Below, in pieces: positions 57,111 through 64,000 of a stretch of DNA of 64,000 bases. The DNA comes from Deltaproteobacteria bacterium. GTDB taxonomy: Bacteria; Myxococcota; JACRCW01. The DNA lies in NCBI GenBank assembly GCA_016218805.1, contig JACRCW010000109.1, positions 1 through 64,000 on the forward strand, in the 5' to 3' direction. How positions within the stretch are numbered: position 1 is the first letter of the stretch; every line of letters starts with the position of its first letter. A program made the position numbers and the translations under genes. The notes below the pieces were generated by a model, which was not told where the DNA came from, ran no database searches, and saw only the letters and a program-made list of their open reading frames with translations.

Positions 57111-57427
57111 AGGCAGCGGGCGTGACGGGGATTGACGGTGCGCTGACACGCGTCACAGCGGTTGCCCGCCGTGGCTATCTTTCCGTCCAGCGTGCCGTCC
57201 CGCAGATCGATCTCCTGGATCTTGGCCATCAGGCGGTCGTCATCCAGGTGCGCCGTTTCCCGCATGAGTTCCCACATGGCCTGGCAGGCCAGCTGCATCT
57301 TGTCGACGCGTGCTTCCAGGAACTGGATGTACTCCTTGACCTGCTCGGACTTGTTCTCGGCGGACGCGGCCGCATTCCGGGCGTCGTGGATGCTCCGTTG
57401 CTGGTGGAGTTCCCAGAACATGGACAT
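57065..57427 (-). CDS. Hypothetical coiled-coil + zinc-ribbon protein
   Basis: GGAGG RBS; EIDLRDG.LDG, CDAC...CLYCG. Confidence 0.7.
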   Translation of the reverse strand: MSMFWELHQQRSIHDARNAAASAENKSEQVKEYIQFLEARVDKMQLACQAMWELMRETAHLDDDRLMAKIQEIDLRDGTLDGKIATAGNRCDACQRTVNPRHARCLYCGAELVRRHAFRL

Positions 57428-57549
57428 GTCATCGCCTCCTGTCGCGGTCGGCCGGACCCCAAGGCGGTCCGCGGCAACCACGTGCGGGTTCTCTCTGGCA
57501 CGCGCCCCGGATGTGCCGCTAGTGTGCGCCGCCCTCCCCGGCCCCTCCC

Positions 57550-60006
57550 TTGAGTACGCCCCTCGCCCTCCTCGTGTCGCTCGCCCTGGCGCAGGTGCCC
57601 CTGGTGGCGCCGCCGGACAATCAGCCGCCTGAGGAGAAACAGAAACCCGCCCAGGAGCCCAAGAAGACGCCCGCGGCCACGCCGCCCGCGGAGGCACCCG
57701 CGGCACCGGCTCCCAAGCCGCCGCTGGCGCAACCGCCGCCCGCGCAGGGTGGTCCGGTGACGTCGGGCTCGCCGCTGGTGGACCGCCTGCTGCAGCTGCT
57801 GCCGCAGGAGCCGCAGGAGGACACCACCAACCAGTGGCCCGTGTTGCAGCCGGGGGACCCACGGCCGGTGATCTCGTTCCGGTTTGACTACGAGGACTGG
57901 CTCAACGCCACCTACTTCCGCGAAGAGACCCTCCGCTCGTTTGTCCAACACCCGCTGGGCGTGCCGGTTCAGCCCGCCGCGGTCAACGCGGACGCCCGTT
58001 ACGTCGCGCAGCAGTACAAGCTGCGCGGCTACTCCCGCGCGGCGGTGAAATGGGGCGTTGAGCAGACGGACCGCGGTGACGTGATCGTGTTCGCGGTGTC
58101 CGCCGGGTCACGCGGACAGCTCAAGCAGGTGGACACCTCCGGCAACGTGAAGGTGCCAACGGAGGCGCTCATCCAGGGGCTGTTCCACCGGCCGCTCAAC
58201 GTGTTCGCGCTGCTGAACTTTGCGGACCGCGGCGGCGTGTACCACGCGGGCTACATTGAGCAGGACATCCGGCAGGTGCAGAAGAACTACGCGGACCACG
58301 GCTACCTGGCGGCGCAGGTGCTGGACGCGCGCATCTTTGCGCTGGATGCGGAGGGCAAAGACCTGCGCCTGGTGTTTGACGTGCGGGACGGCGCGCTGTT
58401 CCACATGGGCCTCATCCGCCTTTCCGGCCAACTGCCCGTCTCTGAGCGCGACTGCCGCTCGTTGCTGGGGATGAACACGGGTTCGCCGGCGGAGCTGCGC
58501 GTGCTGGACGCCGGCGTGGAGCGCATCCTGGATGAATGGCGCAACCGCGGCTTTGCCAACGCGCGCGCCACCCAGGAGCGGCGCGTGCGTGAGACGCAGC
58601 ACCTGCTGGACGTGATGGTGAAGTTTGAGAAGGGCCCGGTCACGCGCGTGGGCCAGATCCGCGTCGTGGGGGATCCCACCACGTCAGACCACGTCATCAA
58701 GCGGGACGTGGCGGTGCGGGAGGGCCAGGTCTATTCGCTGCGCGCGCTCAAGCTCACCGAGGAGCGCCTGATGTACACGGGCCTGTTCACCAAGGTGACC
58801 GCGCGCCCGGTGACCACGCCGGACCCGTCCGTGGTGGACGTGGAAGTGGAAGTGGTGGAGCAGCAGAGCTGGTATTTCTCCATCGCGCCGTCGTGGATTC
58901 CGGGGGAAGGCCTGGTGGGCCTGGGGTTTGTGGGCTTCCGCAACCTGTGGCTGCCGGACCTGTGGTCCGGGAGCATCAAGCCGCGCGGGCAGGCGCTGCG
59001 GCTCAACGCGCAGGGGATCCTGAGCCAGCGGCGGCAGACGGGCCGCGTGGACGTGGAGGACCCGCGCTTCCTGGACACGCGCCTGTCCGTGGGCGGCAAC
59101 GTGCACCGGGACCGCTACGTGTACCCGGAGTTCAGCCAGGTGCGGACGGGCGGCGCCATCCAGGTGGGGTACCCGCTCATTGAGTACACGCACCTGTCCA
59201 TGGGCTACGGGCTGGAGCGCGTGGACTTTGACGCGTCCGGTCCCATCCGCGCGTTTGCCGGGTCCGCGCGCTTCCCGGACCACAAGCGGCGTGCGTCGCT
59301 GCGGTTGGACGCGGCGTATGACCGCAGGGACAACGTGCTGTTCCCCACGCGCGGCCTGCTGCTGTCCGCGTCGGTGGAGTACGGCAGCGCGCTGCTGCTG
59401 GGTGAAATGTCCTTCATGACGGTGTCCGCCAACGCGCGCTTCTACTTCCCAATGCCGTTTGGCTTTGTGCTGAAGAACAACACGGCGGGCGCGGTGGCGT
59501 TTGACCCGCACGGCGGCGTCATCCCCGTCAGTGAGCGCTTCTATGAAGGCGGCCCCATCCAGTCGGTGCGCGGCTACCTGTGGCAGTCCATCTCGCCGGT
59601 GACCACGCTGGGAGACCCCACGCGCCCGGACAGCGAGCAGATCAACGTGCGCCTGGGCGGCAACACACGCCTGCTCAACAACCTGGAGCTGGAGACGCCG
59701 CCCATTCCCATCTTCCCCATGCTGCCCCTCAAGCTGTTCGTGTTCCTGGACGCGGGCAACACCTGGTCGGAAAAGGAACGGCCGTTCTTCCTGGGCCGGG
59801 TGCGTTCGCTGTCTGACGTGGGCGGCATGGTGCTGGCGTCACGCGAGGGCGTGGACCTGCCCCTGGGCATGTTCTACAGCGTGGGCGTGGGCGGCATGCT
59901 GGCCACGGCGCTGTTCCCGCTGCGGATTGACTTCACCGTGCCGCTGACGCGCCGCCCGCAGGATGAACTGGTGAACTTCTTTGTGTCCGCCGGCAGCCCG
60001 TTCTGA
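57550..60006 (+). CDS. Omp85 (BamA/TamA-like) outer membrane protein
   Basis: POTRA-like repeats (Y...GY..A.V, G...T.D.VI.R), D.RDN...PT.G, ERFYEGG..SVRGY, C-terminal Phe. Confidence 0.88.
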   Translation: MSTPLALLVSLALAQVPLVAPPDNQPPEEKQKPAQEPKKTPAATPPAEAPAAPAPKPPLAQPPPAQGGPVTSGSPLVDRLLQLLPQEPQEDTTNQWPVLQPGDPRPVISFRFDYEDWLNATYFREETLRSFVQHPLGVPVQPAAVNADARYVAQQYKLRGYSRAAVKWGVEQTDRGDVIVFAVSAGSRGQLKQVDTSGNVKVPTEALIQGLFHRPLNVFALLNFADRGGVYHAGYIEQDIRQVQKNYADHGYLAAQVLDARIFALDAEGKDLRLVFDVRDGALFHMGLIRLSGQLPVSERDCRSLLGMNTGSPAELRVLDAGVERILDEWRNRGFANARATQERRVRETQHLLDVMVKFEKGPVTRVGQIRVVGDPTTSDHVIKRDVAVREGQVYSLRALKLTEERLMYTGLFTKVTARPVTTPDPSVVDVEVEVVEQQSWYFSIAPSWIPGEGLVGLGFVGFRNLWLPDLWSGSIKPRGQALRLNAQGILSQRRQTGRVDVEDPRFLDTRLSVGGNVHRDRYVYPEFSQVRTGGAIQVGYPLIEYTHLSMGYGLERVDFDASGPIRAFAGSARFPDHKRRASLRLDAAYDRRDNVLFPTRGLLLSASVEYGSALLLGEMSFMTVSANARFYFPMPFGFVLKNNTAGAVAFDPHGGVIPVSERFYEGGPIQSVRGYLWQSISPVTTLGDPTRPDSEQINVRLGGNTRLLNNLELETPPIPIFPMLPLKLFVFLDAGNTWSEKERPFFLGRVRSLSDVGGMVLASREGVDLPLGMFYSVGVGGMLATALFPLRIDFTVPLTRRPQDELVNFFVSAGSPF

Positions 60007-60076
60007 CTGCGGCGTTCCGCCTCTCCCGCGGGGAGCCGGACCTGCTAAGCTCGCGCGCCGATCATTCGAGGCGGTG

Positions 60077-61255
60077 ATGCGCATGTCGCGTTCGTGTCGT
60101 TGGGTTCCCGTCGTCGCACTGGCGTTGCTGCTGCCCGCGCAGGCCCACGCCTTCAAGCTGCTGGGCGGCCACTGGGCGGTGGAGGAAGGACCGGTGGAGT
60201 ACACGGTGTCAGCCACCGGGTCGGACAACATTGCGGACGACAGCGACACGCAGGCCATCATCCGCAGCTTCCAGACCTGGGAGTGCGTGCTGTGCTCCAA
60301 CGTGCAGTTCCGCTACATGGGTGATGGTCCCAATGAGGTGGCCACCGACGGCAAGAACGCCATGTTCTTCCTGGAGGACGCCACCGCCTGGCAGGACCAG
60401 ACGGGCGCGTCGCTGGACGTCACGCTGGGCGTGACCATCCACTTTGACCTGGAGACGTATTCGGAGGCGGACATTGCCTTCAACGGCGCCGGGTTTGACT
60501 GGAGCACGGATGAGCAGATCACCAACGTGGACGTGGAGAGCGTGAGCCTGCATGAGACGGGGCACTTTGCGGGGCTGGGCCACCCGTGCACGGACGAAGC
60601 GGAGACCGACTGCCTGCCCGACAACGTGGCGATCATGGCGCCCGCGTGGAGCGGCGGCAACGCGCGCACCCCGCTGGACGACGACACGGCCGGCCTGTGC
60701 GCCGTCTACACGACCCCCAAGACGGCGTGTTCCGGCAAGAAGCGGCTCAAGGAAGAGTGTGAGCGGGACTGTGACTGCGAAACCGGCCTGCTGTGCGTTC
60801 CCGACGGGGACAAGCGCATGTGCAGCCGCCCGTGCGGGACGGGCCTGCTGGCGTGCCCGCGCGGCACGGGCTGCGTGCTGGGCCTGGACGGGCAGGGTGA
60901 CCGGGGGCTGTGCCTGCGCAACCCGGAGGGCTCCACGCAGCGCATGGACGGCGCCTCCTGCAGCCGTGACCTGGAATGCGTGGCGGGGAGCTGCCGGCGC
61001 TCGGGCGTGCTCAACCGCAACGTGTGCGCGCACAGCTGCAACGCGGATGACCAGTGCAGCCCTGGCTACCGGTGCTCGGACAACCTGTGTCTCATCCCCA
61101 GTGCCGGGGAAGGCGTCCCGTGCCCGCCGGATACGGAGGAGCGCCCGCGCTTCCTGCCGCCCGGCTGCGTGTGCCGCGCCACGGGCCCTGAAGCGCTGGG
61201 CGTGTGGGTGGCTGTGCTCCTCATGTGGCGCCGTCGCATCCGTCAAAGATCGTAG
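60077..61255 (+). CDS. Matrixin-family (M10) metalloprotease with Cys-rich repeats and C-terminal sorting tail
   Basis: Signal peptide AHA; EADI.FN; HETGHFAGLGH; AIM Met-turn; DD..GL; GCVC + TM + RRR. Confidence 0.85.
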   Translation: MRMSRSCRWVPVVALALLLPAQAHAFKLLGGHWAVEEGPVEYTVSATGSDNIADDSDTQAIIRSFQTWECVLCSNVQFRYMGDGPNEVATDGKNAMFFLEDATAWQDQTGASLDVTLGVTIHFDLETYSEADIAFNGAGFDWSTDEQITNVDVESVSLHETGHFAGLGHPCTDEAETDCLPDNVAIMAPAWSGGNARTPLDDDTAGLCAVYTTPKTACSGKKRLKEECERDCDCETGLLCVPDGDKRMCSRPCGTGLLACPRGTGCVLGLDGQGDRGLCLRNPEGSTQRMDGASCSRDLECVAGSCRRSGVLNRNVCAHSCNADDQCSPGYRCSDNLCLIPSAGEGVPCPPDTEERPRFLPPGCVCRATGPEALGVWVAVLLMWRRRIRQRS

Positions 61256-61321
61256 GGCCCTGCCCTTTCCGGCGGCACGGGCGCCGTGAACAATCCACCA
61301 CCGTTCTAGGAGGTTTTTCCG

Positions 61322-61966
61322 ATGCGAGTGTCCCTGAGCAGGGTGTTGGCCGCGGCCGCGGTGTTCGCGCTGGGCCTGGCGGCGCCAGCGCACGCCACCG
61401 TGGTGGTGCAGTCGTCGCTGGAGGAGATGACACAGAAGAGTGACGTGGTGGTCCACGCGGTGGTGGAAGAGGTGACGGTGACCACCGGCGAAGGCGGACG
61501 CATCCTGACGCTGTCCCGCCTGCGCGTGAAGGACGGTCTCAAGGGCAAGGCCGGCGCGGGGGACACGCTGGCGCTCTACCAGGTGGGCGGCACGCACCAG
61601 GGGCGCGTGGCCAACATCGTCGGCGTCAGCCGGTTCCACGTGGGTGAGGAGGTGGTGCTGTTTGCGGACACCTTCATTGCCACGGAGACCATCCGCTACC
61701 TGCAGCAGGAGAAGAAGGCGGAGGTGCCGTCCGCCACGCTCAACCCCACGGCGGGCTGGGTGGTGACCTACGGCATTGGGCTGGGGAAGTTTGCGGTGGA
61801 GCGCGGCGGCAGCGTCCCGCAGGCGGTGGAGGAAGTGGGTGACGTGGTGGTGGTGACGCCGGGCCGGGGCATGAGCGTGTTGGGGCAGCCCTCCCTGACG
61901 CGGCAGCCGCTGGACGTCTTCAAGACCGAAGTCCGGCGCATGGCGGCAGCCGGGAGGGTTCCATGA
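61322..61966 (+). CDS. Secreted hypothetical protein (possible protease partner or pro-domain)
   Basis: Signal peptide AHA; SLEEM...SD.VV...V, LKG, GG, F..GEEVVLF pattern. Confidence 0.75.
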   Translation: MRVSLSRVLAAAAVFALGLAAPAHATVVVQSSLEEMTQKSDVVVHAVVEEVTVTTGEGGRILTLSRLRVKDGLKGKAGAGDTLALYQVGGTHQGRVANIVGVSRFHVGEEVVLFADTFIATETIRYLQQEKKAEVPSATLNPTAGWVVTYGIGLGKFAVERGGSVPQAVEEVGDVVVVTPGRGMSVLGQPSLTRQPLDVFKTEVRRMAAAGRVP

Positions 61967-64000
61967 CGCGGCACGCCCTCAGGGCTCTGGTGGTGGCGGG
62001 CGCCGTCCTGGCGCCCGCGCTGGCCGGTGCCCAGCAGTACCGGTTCCTGTGCAACGGCATGGACGCCTCCGGTCAGGTGGACAACGACGGGTGCGGTACG
62101 TGCAGCTCCGCCACCGCCCCGCGTTGGGTGCCGGCGCTGGGCCAGTTCCGCTTTGACCTGTCCACCGTCCCGTCGGGGATGACGGGGTCGGACTGGAACG
62201 CGGCGGTGCAGCACTGCCTGACCGCGTGGAACTCGGTGGCCGGCTCCACGCTGCAACTGCAGAACATTGGCGCCACCACGGGGCGGCGGTTTGGCACGGA
62301 CAACGCCAACCATGAAATCTTCTGGATAACCAATGACAGCGAGTGGCAGACCAAGGTGGGCGGCGGCATCCAGGGCGCGCTGGGCGTCACGCTGCCCCTG
62401 TACTACTGCGCCAACGGCGGCAATCCCGGCGAACTGTACGACGCCGACATGGCGCTCAACGGCACGCCGGCCAGCCAGTTCCAGTGGGGCTGCTCCACGG
62501 CCTACTGCAGCGACGCAACCTCCACGCTGCTGCACGAGCTGGGGCACGCCTTTGGCCTGGGCCACCCGTGCACGCAGTGCTCGCAGGTGATGAGCGCGCA
62601 GGCCGGGTATGACCCCATCTACCCGCAGGACGGTGACGTCCAGGGCATCACGTCGTTGTACCCGGGCACACCGGGCGGCACCGGCTACGGCTGCACCACG
62701 GACGGCAACTGCTCCGGTGGCCGGCGCTGCATCCAGGTGACGGCCACGTCGGGCACCGTCAAGTACTGCTCAGAGGCGTGCACCACCACCTGCCCCACCG
62801 GGTTCACCTGCGAAAACGTCCCCAACTTTGGCCAGTACTGCACGTTTGTGGGCGGGACGGCGGCCACGCCCGTGGGTGAGGGCGAGAACTGCGCGCAGCG
62901 TCCCTGCCAGGCGGGCCTGCTGTGCGCCGGCAGCGCCAACGAATACACCTGCTACAAGCAGTGCAACCCGGGCAGCTGCGCGGCCAATCAGAGTTGCACG
63001 CAGCTGGACGCACAGACCAGCATCTGTCTCACCACCTCCGGCAGCGCGGGGCTGGGCCAGCTGTGCACCGGTCAGAATCTCTGCCAGAGCGGTCTGGTCT
63101 GCCTGGTGGCCAACCAGGGTGACACCACGGGTAAGTGCTACAAAGAGTGCACGGCGGACAGCCAGTGCACGGCCACGGAGGCTTGCGCACCGCTGACGGG
63201 CGGCAGCGGCGCGTGCTTCCCCGCGGTCGCCGTCGGCGAAGACTGCACCAACGCGGTGTGCCGCCAGGGCCTGCTGTGCGTCCGGGACACGGCCACCAAC
63301 GCGCACTGCTACATTGACTGCAGCACCGCCGCCTGCCCCAACAACATGGTGTGTAACACCTACAACCAGGGCACCGCAGACCAGTTCTCGCTGTGCGAGG
63401 CCCAGTCCACCTCGTCCAGCTCGTCCAGCTCCACGGGCGGCACCAGCAGCTCTTCCAGCTCCACCGGCGGCACCAGCACCTCCTCCAGCACCTCCGGCGG
63501 GACGTCCGGGACCAGTGGCACCAGTGGCACCTCCGGCACCAGCGGCACTTCCGGCACCAGCGGCACGTCCTCGGGTGGCACCGGGCAGGGCGGCGCCTGC
63601 GGCGTGGATGGGGATTGCCAGAGCGGGTTGTCGTGCGTGTCCACCTCCAACCAGGGGCGCATCTGCGTGTCGTCCTGTGACCCGCGCGTGGGCCACTATG
63701 ACTGCCCCAATGACACCGGCTGCGTGCCCAATGACCAGTTCAACCTCGGGTCGGGCGGCAAGTGCATGCCGGGCGCCATCGGCAACGGTGACGTGGGTGA
63801 CTCGTGCACGTCGGGCGCGGACTGCAAGTTTGGCATCTGCCTGGATGGTGCCTGCACGCTGTGGTGCCAGGACGGCACCTGCACGCGCAAGAGCTACACG
63901 TGTGACAAGTCTGACGGCGTGGAGCCGGGCGTGTGCAAGCCCAGCGCGTCCGGCGGCATGCCCTTCAAGTGCAGCCACGCCGACACGACGCGCGGCCTGC
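61963..64000 (+). CDS. Matrixin-family metalloprotease with Cys-rich repeats and Ser/Gly/Thr linker (runs off the window)
   Basis: Manual translation from ATG 61963 (ATGA overlap): MTRHALRALVV...DADMALNG...LLHELGHAFGLGHPC...VMSA; (GTS)n linker at ~63410-63580; open to the window end. Confidence 0.85.
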   Translation, partial: MTRHALRALVVAGAVLAPALAGAQQYRFLCNGMDASGQVDNDGCGTCSSATAPRWVPALGQFRFDLSTVPSGMTGSDWNAAVQHCLTAWNSVAGSTLQLQNIGATTGRRFGTDNANHEIFWITNDSEWQTKVGGGIQGALGVTLPLYYCANGGNPGELYDADMALNGTPASQFQWGCSTAYCSDATSTLLHELGHAFGLGHPCTQCSQVMSAQAGYDPIYPQDGDVQGITSLYPGTPGGTGYGCTTDGNCSGGRRCIQVTATSGTVKYCSEACTTTCPTGFTCENVPNFGQYCTFVGGTAATPVGEGENCAQRPCQAGLLCAGSANEYTCYKQCNPGSCAANQSCTQLDAQTSICLTTSGSAGLGQLCTGQNLCQSGLVCLVANQGDTTGKCYKECTADSQCTATEACAPLTGGSGACFPAVAVGEDCTNAVCRQGLLCVRDTATNAHCYIDCSTAACPNNMVCNTYNQGTADQFSLCEAQSTSSSSSSSTGGTSSSSSSTGGTSTSSSTSGGTSGTSGTSGTSGTSGTSGTSGTSSGGTGQGGACGVDGDCQSGLSCVSTSNQGRICVSSCDPRVGHYDCPNDTGCVPNDQFNLGSGGKCMPGAIGNGDVGDSCTSGADCKFGICLDGACTLWCQDGTCTRKSYTCDKSDGVEPGVCKPSASGGMPFKCSHADTTRGL

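Noticed and set aside
1..64000. Prophage, transposon, integron or defence island
   Set aside because: No integrase, transposase, phage structural or recognisable defence genes; housekeeping genes are spread throughout.

Overview
GC-rich bacterial chromosomal segment, most likely Myxococcota (GYF/AgmX-type protein, many Cys-rich and Ser-rich lipoproteins, MYXO-CTERM-like tails, FHA proteins). Housekeeping genes recognised by motif: rimP-nusA-ylxR/L7Ae-infB, map, argS, speD, nadB, nadA, thiD, trmL and truA. No tRNA, rRNA, CRISPR or transposase was recognised. Most interesting observations: (1) a BpsA-like (branched-chain polyamine synthase) gene fused to an apparently dead AdoMetDC (SpeD-fold) domain, about 2.3 kb from an intact speD; (2) a compact putative metal-stress operon (winged-helix regulator, DWMxDF-repeat protein, two vWA paralogues with His/Asp tails, CzcP-like P1B-4 ATPase); (3) a non-coding array of ten ~21-bp units with a fixed GGGTGAAGACG core and variable spacers; (4) an orphan Gly-rich protein with a T3SS needle/filament-like C-terminus; (5) rtcR without rtcB/rtcA; (6) a PP2C-cNMP / FHA-GGDEF / MshEN signalling cluster; (7) a ~100-nt intergenic hairpin; (8) strong context-dependent codon choice that avoids TCG. 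All calls are by eye; no database searches were run and some start codons are estimates.
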